Shown: one piece after another, positions 7,907 through 16,919 of the stretch
How the letters are laid out: every line of letters starts with the position of its first letter
Numbering within the stretch: the stretch's first letter is position 1
IMG/VR virus record: IMGVR_UViG_3300020045_001293
Location: 1 to 34,690 of that record
Reading direction: 5' to 3' (one strand)
DNA: 34,690 nt
DNA from: a virus
Taxonomy: Duplodnaviria > Caudoviricetes
Position numbers and translations under genes: made by a program
Notes under the pieces: generated by a model
What the model saw: the letters and a program-made list of their open reading frames with translations, nothing else
Told to the model about the DNA's origin: nothing
Database searches by the model: none

Positions 7907-8593
7907 ATGGCACTGGAAGATGACATCGAGCAAGGTCTCATATTAGACACAGAAAAATCTGCTCCTGAAATTGTCAGACGATACATCAAAAAGTATCGTG
8001 AATTGTATGGCCCCAATGCCAAGCGCAACATTGCCAGAAGTAATCAGTGGTTTATGCGAAGAATTTCAAAAGACGTCCGTTTGTCACGTCAATCCGTCTT
8101 CGAACAATTTCGTCAGGATAGTAGAAAACGCAAACCGAGTGATCGTGGGATTATTGGGCGTATGATGTTGTTCAAATATGATGCACTACACAAAGATACT
8201 CTTCCTGTTTGGGACTCATACCCGCTGGTCTTTTTCTTTAATTCTTTCACTGGAAATGGGACTTACGGTGAGAACGGTGTCCGATATGTTCTAGGCTTGA
8301 ACGTGCATTATTTACCGAGTTCTCTTCGGTTGAAGTTGTTTGTAGAGCTCATAAAATTCAACACCGACACAGCATTGCGTGAAAAGTCTAGATTGAAATT
8401 GGAGTGGCAATTTCTTAAAGCGTTCAGCGCTTCAAATCTAGCCAAGCACTGTGTGAAGATGTACCGAGCTGATCATATCAAATCTGAATTGATGGAGATT
8501 TCACCGAGATTTTGGGAAGTCGTACTATTTCTGAACATTCAGAAATGGGAGAAAGGAAGTAACGCTTTGGCTTGGAAAGGTGCTACTCGTTAG
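7907..8593 (+). CDS. gp2 DNA end protector
   Basis: S.QWF, GRMMLFKYDA.HKDTLPVWD.YPLV, GLNVHYLP and KHCVKMY. Confidence 0.9.
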   Translation: MALEDDIEQGLILDTEKSAPEIVRRYIKKYRELYGPNAKRNIARSNQWFMRRISKDVRLSRQSVFEQFRQDSRKRKPSDRGIIGRMMLFKYDALHKDTLPVWDSYPLVFFFNSFTGNGTYGENGVRYVLGLNVHYLPSSLRLKLFVELIKFNTDTALREKSRLKLEWQFLKAFSASNLAKHCVKMYRADHIKSELMEISPRFWEVVLFLNIQKWEKGSNALAWKGATR

Positions 8594-8612
8594 AACAAAT
8601 TCATAGTATAAT

Positions 8613-8637
8613 GGCTCCCAATGTTGGAGCCTTTTTA
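8613..8637 (+). terminator. Intrinsic terminator after gp2
   Basis: ggctcc-caatgtt-ggagcc followed by TTTTT. Confidence 0.75.
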
Positions 8638-8650
8638 TTGGAATATTTTC

Positions 8651-10309
8651 ATGGAATGTTCTTGCGGTGGTGTGATATCGACCAACGGCGAAATAGTCGA
8701 TGAAGCCACTATGAAAACCAAATACCCAAACACCGTATTCGAGAATGGATATGAGTCGTATTATGTCCGATTTGGAACTTGTCAGTTTTGTACCAGAGTC
8801 GCTATCAGTGTGTTCCCTCAGAAGAAACGCCAACAAACGTTGTTAACCAAATTGTTCAACAAACCAATTCAACCTGTAACCAAACAACCACAAGAGGTCA
8901 AGATGAGTTCCAATCCTCTATACGATATATTAACCCAGCTGACAGAATGCAAGGGTTCCAATGCGAAAATAGACCTGATCGAAAAGTTGAAAATAAATTC
9001 GCCGACAGTGGCCAAACAGCTGTCGGAATATCTTCAACTGGTGTACGGTGGACATAATTGGTTCCAAACTAAGATTGTTCCAGCAGGCCGTCTTGCTTGT
9101 ATGGGAAAACAACCGGTCGAACTGATCCAAGGGATACGTGACTATATTGCTGGTCCTTGTCGTGGTGACGTAGGATCTTCTCGCCTTGGAATGCTCCATA
9201 CTCTACTGAAGTCTGATGAGGACAGAACCTTACTGAAATTTGCAATGTGGGGTGACATCAAAGTCGGAATCGGTCCTATCACGATCAACAAGATATTTCC
9301 AAATTTGTTGTTCATTCCCCCATATATGCGTTGCGATGTTTTGAAGAAAGGACACCATCTAAAATGGAAGTGGGGAGATGGTGTTTTCATTCAGAAGAAA
9401 GAAGATGCGATGTTTGGAAATCTGTTATGTCGAAAGGATGCTACCGAATCGAAGCTGTATAGCAGAAGTTTCAATCTGATCGATTCGAATAACAGTCTGA
9501 ACAATTTGAAAATTGACGCTTCGAGAATTTGGGAAGAAGTCCAAGAAAATTGCGTGATCCATGGCGAAATCATCGTATTAGATGAGAACGGTATCCCACT
9601 GACACGTGAACTGTCTAATGGCGCTATCAACGGGCTCATCCAAACCGGAACGGAACTCCGTGAAGGTTACTCAGTGATTATGAAGGCGTGGGATATCGTT
9701 TCCGAGAATGAGTTCTACGCTGGTGTGTCGACGGTTCATTATCGAGATCGTTATTCTTTATTGCAAGACGTGATGAAAGAAACGAAATCTATCACCATTG
9801 TAGAGACCCAAATCGTAACCGAGATGGAACAAGCGGTTGAAATGTTTTCACGAATTCTGAAAGAGAAGGGTGAAGGCATCGTCATGAAGAATCCTCATGG
9901 GATTTGGGAAGATAGTGATGCATCACCTGATCAGATCAAAGTGAAAGTTGAAATGGTCGTTGAATTGAGAATCGTCGGTTTTAATCCTGCTGATCCGAAG
10001 TCCAAACACAAGGACACATTTGCAAGCCTACAATGCGAAAGTGAAGATGGATTGGTCTTGACTGGTGTGAGCGGGATGTCTGATGATAAGCGTATGGAAA
10101 TTCATCTGAACCGCGAAAAATTCAATCAGAGTATTATCTCAGTTCGTTGTAATGGTATCCAATGGAATGATGAAGCCCCTCATTCGTTGTATTTTGCTCA
10201 GTTTGCTGAAGAACGGTTGGACAAGTCGATAGCGGATGATTTCATAAAGATCCAAGATATCCAAGACGATGCGATCCGTAACAGGCTGATGTCTCAGGCC
10301 GCGAAATAA
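8651..10309 (+). CDS. ATP-dependent DNA ligase (gp30-like). Ligase proper starts at 8903, preceded in frame by a CxC...CxxC Zn-ribbon segment
   Basis: KGSNAK, motif I KEDA, SR, HGEI, AWD, EGIVMK and KVK plus an OB-fold tail; GAGG SD before ATG 8903. Confidence 0.9.
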   Translation: MECSCGGVISTNGEIVDEATMKTKYPNTVFENGYESYYVRFGTCQFCTRVAISVFPQKKRQQTLLTKLFNKPIQPVTKQPQEVKMSSNPLYDILTQLTECKGSNAKIDLIEKLKINSPTVAKQLSEYLQLVYGGHNWFQTKIVPAGRLACMGKQPVELIQGIRDYIAGPCRGDVGSSRLGMLHTLLKSDEDRTLLKFAMWGDIKVGIGPITINKIFPNLLFIPPYMRCDVLKKGHHLKWKWGDGVFIQKKEDAMFGNLLCRKDATESKLYSRSFNLIDSNNSLNNLKIDASRIWEEVQENCVIHGEIIVLDENGIPLTRELSNGAINGLIQTGTELREGYSVIMKAWDIVSENEFYAGVSTVHYRDRYSLLQDVMKETKSITIVETQIVTEMEQAVEMFSRILKEKGEGIVMKNPHGIWEDSDASPDQIKVKVEMVVELRIVGFNPADPKSKHKDTFASLQCESEDGLVLTGVSGMSDDKRMEIHLNREKFNQSIISVRCNGIQWNDEAPHSLYFAQFAEERLDKSIADDFIKIQDIQDDAIRNRLMSQAAK

Positions 10310-10542
10310 TGAAAATTCCCGAAGGTACAACTCATTTTATTCCTGCGGACTCTACCGATTTCAACCAAGTACCAGATTTTATGAAATGGGGTTATGCGTT
10401 CACTGGGCCAGAAACAGGCAAACACTTCTTTTGCTGGTACTACTGGAATTGTGGGTTGCTTGCTTGGGTGAAGGATCTTTCATTTGTAGACAGACACAAC
10501 AAATTGAAACCAATTAGAAATCTAATCGGAGGGGGAGCGTGA
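10309..10542 (+). CDS. Small hypothetical phage protein (PEGTTH type, Trp-rich)
   Basis: TAATG coupling to the ligase; 77 aa. Confidence 0.7.
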   Translation: MKIPEGTTHFIPADSTDFNQVPDFMKWGYAFTGPETGKHFFCWYYWNCGLLAWVKDLSFVDRHNKLKPIRNLIGGGA

Positions 10543-10557
10543 TGCTCCCTTTACTTT
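10533..10557 (+). terminator. Intrinsic terminator
   Basis: gggagc-gtgat-gctccc followed by tttacttt. Confidence 0.65.
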
Positions 10558-11118
10558 ATGCGAAACGACAACTATAATCGTATTATGAAAAATATCTCAC
10601 GTCGTGAGGCTAACAATAAGATCATGATAGAGAGTAATGCTATGTTGGACACGTATCGTCTGATGAAATCAGTTCAGTTGTGTCTGGGTGGGAAGTATGA
10701 TTACACCAGATACAGTAGATTGAAAACGTTGACTGAAGAATCCTTTTCAAAAGAATCTGGAGATCTACGGTTAGCGGTGAGAGCATTGTCAGGATTAGTC
10801 GACGATCAGAATAAATGGATGAAATCTTGCATTTTGTCATGCGCTGTCCCGATGATCTCCAAAATCGACATACAGTCAGCTGTCCGAATGTCGATATACT
10901 CAGGGAACGAAGAGTTTGAAATTTTCAAATCGTTCATTGATGTTTTAGATCCAAATTGGTTGAACACTTCTGATATCATTTGGAACAAATCGTATAAAAG
11001 ATTTGAAACAGATAATCCGATCTACGAGGCTGATGCGTTCATACGAACCAAGCTGGTTGAGATTTGCGAATGGATAATGTCAGAGTCAACGATCAATGAG
11101 AAATTCTTTCATGAATAA
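10558..11118 (+). CDS. Divergent gp59-like helicase loader
   Basis: TYRLMKSVQLCLGGKYDYTRY resembles the T4 gp59 N-terminal Y...K.H.NGKYD..KY; start uncertain. Confidence 0.55.
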   Translation: MRNDNYNRIMKNISRREANNKIMIESNAMLDTYRLMKSVQLCLGGKYDYTRYSRLKTLTEESFSKESGDLRLAVRALSGLVDDQNKWMKSCILSCAVPMISKIDIQSAVRMSIYSGNEEFEIFKSFIDVLDPNWLNTSDIIWNKSYKRFETDNPIYEADAFIRTKLVEICEWIMSESTINEKFFHE

Positions 11119-11121
11119 ATA
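11115..11121 (+). promoter_or_regulatory. Putative late promoter ATAAATA
   Basis: 41 nt upstream of the 796-aa gene. Confidence 0.55.
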
Positions 11122-11162
11122 CAATGTAGAATAAAATTCTGAACTTTAGCGGAGAGTTTAAA

Positions 11163-13553
11163 ATGCAAGAACAAGATTTCAAATTGATTTCTGAATGCCT
11201 GGATAAGTTGGAAGGTCAAGAAATCACAGTCGGTACACTGAATGAATCTTTAGATTCTGTCCCGTACCCACTGGAGCAAAAAGTGGTTAAAACCAAATCC
11301 GACATCTCTTACATCTTCGCTGATGAAGCGGGTGATCGTTATCGTATCCAATTCCTGACCGCTCCAAAATATGGTAAAGGCGTTGTCAAGGTCTATATCG
11401 GCAAAGCGAAGTCAGAAAGGATGTTTGTTGATAAGATCGACAGCTTCAAAAATCCTCGTCGTATGATCACTTCTGTTATCGATTATTTCCACCAACACCT
11501 GTTGACTCCGGAAGGTATGCAACTGAAAGGGTTTATGGTGGATTTGTCTGGTGCGGCTTCCGTTCGTGCTATTCCGTTGATCACCAAAGCGATCAAACTG
11601 GCGCTGGTAGGCAAAGCGAAAGTAGTCAGCACGGATTTCCACCCATTGGAAGGTCGTAAGGCTATCTGGGTTGTTAAAGGTAATCTAAAGCCGTCTGAAG
11701 TCTTTACAGTTGATGGTGCTCCTTGGGATGATCCGAAGAAAGATAACCCAGAAGACAAAGCAACTTTGAATAACAAAGCGACTTCTGTTAAACTGACTAA
11801 ATCAGAAGAATCGAATTTCAAAGATAAACTTCAAGCTGATATCGATTCCAAATACAAAGCGAAAGAATTTGTTGTTGGTCTGAAAACATCACTTCCGAAA
11901 CATACGATTTCAGTGACAACCAAACACGGTCAGACTGTTACTTTGTTGACTGTTAAAGACGAAGAAGTTGTTTCGAAATATGATGACATTCTTCATACTC
12001 TGAGTGTTCAGATTGGTGGATATCAGTTGGCGTTGAAAGCGGCTCAAGAAACTGTTGCTCCTAGCGCTGCAAAGAAAGGCAACTTCTTCAAAGACAAAGC
12101 AGAAGCGACCCGCATTGTAGAGTATTTGAAGACAAAAGAGCGTGATGGAAACTGGGCTGTTAAACCATCTAATGGTGGATTCGAAGTAGACCACGCATAT
12201 TACGAAGGAACTGATTTGATTAAGAGAGTCACAGGTGCCAAAGCGGCTCAAGAAACTGAAGGGAGTTGGGTGAAAGGTCCACTCAAAGACACGTTATCAT
12301 ATTCGGTCAATGGTGTCATCCAAGCATCAATCTCATATGACCCAACTGGTAAGATCGTTGTGACTAAGACTGGGTTCTCTGGCGCTAAAACAAATCCAGA
12401 TACCGCTCGTGTGATCAATTTGTTGCGACAAGGTCATTTACCTCTTCCGGATTTAGACTTGCTTGAAAAATATGTCCGCGAGATTCCAACTGGATCTTCT
12501 GAAGCAATAGTGTATAAACTTGAACAAATGGGGTTCCGAAGCGTTATCCATAAAAATGATAGCAAATTCAGCGTCAAGAACAAATTCGGTGAAGTGTTCG
12601 ATGTTAAACAGAACCTAGATGGAACTTTCAGTGTCAGGCCGTCACAATCTGTGTTGCTGACAAACAATGTAACCGGAACAGAACTTATTAAACTTGCCAA
12701 AGAACATTGGTTCGGTCTTGGATTTCAGCCTACATTGTTAAAAGAAGCAACAGATGTAGTCGTGGATTATTTGGTCAGTAAAAATGCGGATATTTTCTCC
12801 GATTATCGGGTAAATATTTCTAGCGGATTCAAAAACAACGGTGCTATGGGAGTGAGATTTAATATCAACCGAGGGAATAAATATGGGATCACGAAATCTC
12901 AAGAAATTTTTAATTTCGATTTCAATTTCGATGAAACTATGAATCGTTGGAAAGTCAAAGGGTTTCTAATATCTGGGAATGATAAACGCAATCTTACCGA
13001 ATCCGAATTTATTTCTCATGGTGTAACCTTATCAGATGTCAAACTTCATGATTTTGTGCAGTCATTTATAAACGAAACCATCGGATTCTATATCTCCGAT
13101 CAGAAGAAATTGACTACAACGCTGGCTACTCCGAAAGCTAAATTGTCACCTGAACAAAAGATCGCCGACAAATATTTTGATATTGCCATCAAACATATCA
13201 AAAGAACTTTCAAAAAGTCTAATGGATACTCTGCTGGTTCATTAGTGAGCATAGAAGAAATTTCACCGAACAATAAAGTGATTTTCAAGGTGAGACACAA
13301 CCAAGGGCCAAAAGGACTAGACTCTCCAACGGGGGTGACATTTGCCCGCTTAGTCGACACCATCCACGAAGTGTTGGGGCACATGTACAACAGCTCCACC
13401 ACTGTTAATGAAACCACGAAGGGCAATGGTGTTGTGTTAGAAACTAAAACTACGCCAGATCCTGTTGCGAGCGGATGGCCAAATGGGATATATGAAACCA
13501 CGATAACAGTGACAAAGGATATAAATGAAATTGAAATAGATTACAACGCGTGA
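11163..13553 (+). CDS. Large modular protein, probably virion-internal, with an Alt-like N-terminal region
   Basis: SD GGAG, late-type promoter, N-terminal I-S-E and L-N-E motifs like T4 prohead-protease cleavage sites, and Lys/Ala linkers. Function is inferred. Confidence 0.55.
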   Translation: MQEQDFKLISECLDKLEGQEITVGTLNESLDSVPYPLEQKVVKTKSDISYIFADEAGDRYRIQFLTAPKYGKGVVKVYIGKAKSERMFVDKIDSFKNPRRMITSVIDYFHQHLLTPEGMQLKGFMVDLSGAASVRAIPLITKAIKLALVGKAKVVSTDFHPLEGRKAIWVVKGNLKPSEVFTVDGAPWDDPKKDNPEDKATLNNKATSVKLTKSEESNFKDKLQADIDSKYKAKEFVVGLKTSLPKHTISVTTKHGQTVTLLTVKDEEVVSKYDDILHTLSVQIGGYQLALKAAQETVAPSAAKKGNFFKDKAEATRIVEYLKTKERDGNWAVKPSNGGFEVDHAYYEGTDLIKRVTGAKAAQETEGSWVKGPLKDTLSYSVNGVIQASISYDPTGKIVVTKTGFSGAKTNPDTARVINLLRQGHLPLPDLDLLEKYVREIPTGSSEAIVYKLEQMGFRSVIHKNDSKFSVKNKFGEVFDVKQNLDGTFSVRPSQSVLLTNNVTGTELIKLAKEHWFGLGFQPTLLKEATDVVVDYLVSKNADIFSDYRVNISSGFKNNGAMGVRFNINRGNKYGITKSQEIFNFDFNFDETMNRWKVKGFLISGNDKRNLTESEFISHGVTLSDVKLHDFVQSFINETIGFYISDQKKLTTTLATPKAKLSPEQKIADKYFDIAIKHIKRTFKKSNGYSAGSLVSIEEISPNNKVIFKVRHNQGPKGLDSPTGVTFARLVDTIHEVLGHMYNSSTTVNETTKGNGVVLETKTTPDPVASGWPNGIYETTITVTKDINEIEIDYNA
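12036..12258 (+). repeat. 19-bp exact direct repeat AAAGCGGCTCAAGAAACTG (12036-12054, 12240-12258)
   Basis: Both copies are in frame (KAAQET) and 204 nt apart. Confidence 0.85.
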
Positions 13554-13557
13554 TAAG

Positions 13558-13584
13558 AAAATCCCCTCGTTTGAGGGGATTTTT
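13558..13584. terminator. Bidirectional intrinsic terminator
   Basis: aaaatcccctc-gttt-gaggggattttt between convergent genes. Confidence 0.9.
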
Positions 13585-13586
13585 GT

Positions 13587-15740
13587 TTATAGATGTTTGA
13601 CTCGTTTCTTCACTTCGGATTGCTTCCCAGCATTGAAAGGTCGTGAGTCTGGGCTACCAAGATATCCACACACTCGACGAATTACAGAAACTCGAGATGG
13701 TTCATGGTTCCCGCACTTAGGACAAACAAACCCTTTGCTGGTACACTCGAATTCACCAGTGAACCTACAGTCATAACACTCATCGATTGGGGTGTTAGTT
13801 CCGTAGTACGGGACGCGACTGTAACTGTAATCCCAGACATTTTCCAACGCTTCTAAATTGTGCTGAAGATTTGGATATTCACCGTAACAGATAAACCCAC
13901 CATTTGAAAATTCTGGATACGCTTTTTCGAATTCGATCTTCTCGTATGGATTGACTTGTTTCTCAACGTCTAGGTGGAAACTGTTGGTGTAATATTCCTT
14001 ATCGTTAACACCTTCTATGATACCAAACTCTTTAGTGTCTAACTTACAGAAGCGACTACAAAGATTTTCGCTCGGTGTTGCATACAAGCTGTACCCGTAA
14101 CCGGTTTCTTTCTTCCATGTGTTAACGGCATATCGTAGATGAGCAACAATTTCAATCGCTTGTTTGCGTAAGAATTCATGATCATATACATGGACATCAG
14201 CACCGAACAATGCTTTGATGGTTTCGTGAATCCCGATATAACCCAGAGAGATTGAAGCTCGACCATTTTTGAAAATTTCACTGATGTCATCATCTGCTTT
14301 CAGTCTGACACCGCAAGCACCTTCCATGTACAGAATTGGGGCCACACGCGCTTTCACGCCGTTGAGACGCTCGATACGCGCTTGGAGAGCAGTCTTACAG
14401 ATAGCAAGGCGATCATCAAGGATACGAAAGAATTCATCGATACGCTCGAAATCTGTTTCTCCGTACTTGGCGGCAGCTTCGATCGCAATGCGTGGAAGGT
14501 TGATTGTCACCACGCCCAAGTTATTACGACCTTCATGGATTTCAACTCCGTCTTCTTCATATACACCAAGGAAGCTGCGACACCCCATTGGATATTTGAA
14601 AGAACCGGTTACTTCAATCAATTTGTCATAGTTCAGGATGTCTGGGTACATGCGTTTACTAGAACATTCCAATGCAAGTTGTTTAACATCATAGTTGGGA
14701 TCCGTCTTTTTCAAATTCAGACCATCTTTGATCGCGAACACCAATTTTGGGAACACTGCTGTTTTGTGATTCTTACCCAGACCTGTGATACGGTTTTTCA
14801 AAATCGATTTTTGGATCAGTTTGGATTCCCAAGAAGTTCCCAGGCCAAATCCCAGAGTGACGAACGGGGTCTGTCCATTCGCGGTGTGGAGAGTGTTAAT
14901 TTCGTATTCAAGAGATTGAAATGCATCGTAACATTCTTTTTCTGTTCTTTCAGTTGCAAATGATTCAACATCAGGAATGTTCCACTTGTGAGCAGTCGCC
15001 AGATGTTTCTCATAGCTCTTGGTCACATAAGGTGCTAACACTTCATCGATGCGATTGATCGTGGTTCCGCCGTAGATGTGACTGGCAACCTGAGCTACGA
15101 TCTGAGCGGTGACAGCAGTAGCAGTTGCGATTGAACGAGGTGTGTCGATGTCGGCATTGCCCATCTTGAAACCGTTAGTCAACATGTCTTCCAGATCTAC
15201 GAGCATGCAATTGAACATCGGGAAGAATGGGGAGTAATCTAGGTCATGGAAATGAATCTCGCCTTTTTCATGGGCCTGAACAACTTCACGCGGAAGCATG
15301 TGTTGCTTTGCATAATGCTTTGAGACGATACCTGCTAATAGATCACGTTGGGTTGGGATCACCTTGCTATCTTTGTTAGCATTTTCATTCAGCAGTTCAG
15401 CATTAGATTGTTGGACTAATCCTTGGATCTCTTTGTTCAGCTTTCCTTGCTTTTCACGACACACATCACGATCATGTCGGTATTCAATAAAGGCTCGAGC
15501 AATCTCTTTGTACTCCAATTTCATCAGGCCATCTTCAACAAATTTTTGAAGTTGATGAATTTCAACTTCTTCAAGACCGGAGACTTGTTTGCTCACATAG
15601 AATGATACATTCATAGCGTCTTCATCATAAGATTTCACACCTACAGATAATGCAGCTTTCTCAACAGCATTGACGATTCGGCTGATATCAAACGGAGTAC
15701 GACTTCCGTCACGTTTCACAACAGTTGGGGATTTCAACAT
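13587..15740 (-). CDS. nrdD: Anaerobic (class III) ribonucleoside-triphosphate reductase with N-terminal ATP-cone
   Basis: VVKRDG ATP-cone, NENANKD, HFHDLD, PMGCRSFL, CxxC...CxxC and RVCGYL glycyl-radical motif; SD GAGG. Confidence 0.97.
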   Translation of the reverse strand: MLKSPTVVKRDGSRTPFDISRIVNAVEKAALSVGVKSYDEDAMNVSFYVSKQVSGLEEVEIHQLQKFVEDGLMKLEYKEIARAFIEYRHDRDVCREKQGKLNKEIQGLVQQSNAELLNENANKDSKVIPTQRDLLAGIVSKHYAKQHMLPREVVQAHEKGEIHFHDLDYSPFFPMFNCMLVDLEDMLTNGFKMGNADIDTPRSIATATAVTAQIVAQVASHIYGGTTINRIDEVLAPYVTKSYEKHLATAHKWNIPDVESFATERTEKECYDAFQSLEYEINTLHTANGQTPFVTLGFGLGTSWESKLIQKSILKNRITGLGKNHKTAVFPKLVFAIKDGLNLKKTDPNYDVKQLALECSSKRMYPDILNYDKLIEVTGSFKYPMGCRSFLGVYEEDGVEIHEGRNNLGVVTINLPRIAIEAAAKYGETDFERIDEFFRILDDRLAICKTALQARIERLNGVKARVAPILYMEGACGVRLKADDDISEIFKNGRASISLGYIGIHETIKALFGADVHVYDHEFLRKQAIEIVAHLRYAVNTWKKETGYGYSLYATPSENLCSRFCKLDTKEFGIIEGVNDKEYYTNSFHLDVEKQVNPYEKIEFEKAYPEFSNGGFICYGEYPNLQHNLEALENVWDYSYSRVPYYGTNTPIDECYDCRFTGEFECTSKGFVCPKCGNHEPSRVSVIRRVCGYLGSPDSRPFNAGKQSEVKKRVKHL

Positions 15741-15786
15741 ATAATACTTCCCTCATTCATTTATAATTCCGCACATCGGGATAATA

Positions 15787-15818
15787 ATTATACTGTTTTG
15801 ACCCAATTGAACCTAATT
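15787..15818 (-). promoter_or_regulatory. nrdD promoter AATTAGGTTCAA-N14-TATAAT
   Basis: Perfect -10 box; the upstream 12-mer is shared with 2656-2667. Confidence 0.65.
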
Positions 15819-15845
15819 GATTTTGTTCGTGAAATGGAATAGATT
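15817..15845 (+). promoter_or_regulatory. Sigma70-like promoter TTGATT-N17-TAGATT
   Basis: Correct spacing; upstream of SD GAGGAG and the 15880 ORF. Confidence 0.5.
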
Positions 15846-15879
15846 AAACTGATTTGATCAAACATAGAGGAGAATATAC

Positions 15880-16335
15880 ATGGGTATGTTTCGTAATGGA
15901 ATGGGTATGACAAGAAGCGAATTAGATTCATTATTCGGTGACAACATCTCGATCAGCAGACCAATCGACCAACTGATGATCAACCATCATGGTGTGATGT
16001 TTGAATGGGAAATCGGCGTCGTAATGGATGAAGAATCTCCTGATGCTGCAGCGGTGTGTTATATTCGCCAAACCGGCGGTACATTTCAAATCTTCGTTGT
16101 CGATAAACATGCCGAGATCTCTCTGTTAACAGTAATCAATGCTTCTGAAACAGATACCGTGACCAAAACATTCTTCAAAACGAATGAAGCATATTACAAG
16201 AAGGCATTCCAGCCGTTCCTCACATCTATGGACTCAAATCAGATCTTCAAATTTGGTTTGAATGAAATGCAGATCGCAAAAATTAATGACCCCAAGTACG
16301 GAAAAGATGGTAAGATATTTGTAGAGGTTCGATGA
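15880..16335 (+). CDS. Hypothetical protein
   Basis: Strong SD GAGGAG; 151 aa; coupled to the next gene. Confidence 0.8.
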   Translation: MGMFRNGMGMTRSELDSLFGDNISISRPIDQLMINHHGVMFEWEIGVVMDEESPDAAAVCYIRQTGGTFQIFVVDKHAEISLLTVINASETDTVTKTFFKTNEAYYKKAFQPFLTSMDSNQIFKFGLNEMQIAKINDPKYGKDGKIFVEVR

Positions 16336-16913
16336 TGTCGTTCTACTCTCATCAAGAATTGGTGGACATCACCGCAAACAAAGTTGCCAGCATCTTTCGG
16401 TGTGGGATGGTATTGAAAGAGCCTAGATCAATGGCTCTTTCATTTTCACCAGACGTCTTTGCTGTGAAGAAAGGCGGGATGACTTTCCAGTTTGAAATCA
16501 AAGTCAGTCGGTCTGATTTCCTGAAAGACAAGAACAAACCGCATCGGATAACACCGTCAGAAGACGTTGGGGTGTTCAGATACTATGTCTGTCCGTATGG
16601 TATGATTTCTCCTGATGATCCAGCGTTAGTTGTCAGTGGGGTTCGCTGGGGATTGGTCTGGGTGGATAAGGGTGGAAAGTTTCATATCAAGAGAGGCCCA
16701 ACATCTAAGGGCGTCACTTCTTATAACAGCGCCATCATGGAAGAATGTTATAAGTGCCTAGCCAACCGAGCACATGAGGTCGAACTCATGTATTCTTATC
16801 ATCGTTCAATGATTATAAATGCTGAAGAAAACGGCGTTAAAATAATGGATCTTGCGAATCGTATAAACAGAGATTCTAATAATCTGAAGCAACTGTGCGT
16901 CAAAATGAGATAA
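16332..16913 (+). CDS. MmcB-like PD-(D/E)XK nuclease
   Basis: PDVFA...EIKVSRSDFLKD..KPHR...RYYVCP...WGL. Confidence 0.75.
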   Translation: MMSFYSHQELVDITANKVASIFRCGMVLKEPRSMALSFSPDVFAVKKGGMTFQFEIKVSRSDFLKDKNKPHRITPSEDVGVFRYYVCPYGMISPDDPALVVSGVRWGLVWVDKGGKFHIKRGPTSKGVTSYNSAIMEECYKCLANRAHEVELMYSYHRSMIINAEENGVKIMDLANRINRDSNNLKQLCVKMR

Positions 16914-16919
16914 CGATCT

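Noticed and set aside
7856-7933. Extended start for gp54
   Set aside because: It overlaps the gp2 start and promoter region; ATG 7855 fits better.
14269-14963. Long plus-strand ORFs inside nrdD, and similar antisense ORFs elsewhere (7440-7862, 23445-23834, 32704-33255)
   Set aside because: They are shadow ORFs of strongly conserved genes with no recognisable motifs.
15798-15862. FNR box upstream of nrdD
   Set aside because: The candidates are TTGAC-N4-TTGAA (3 mismatches) and TGAT-N3-ATCAA (wrong spacing); neither is convincing.
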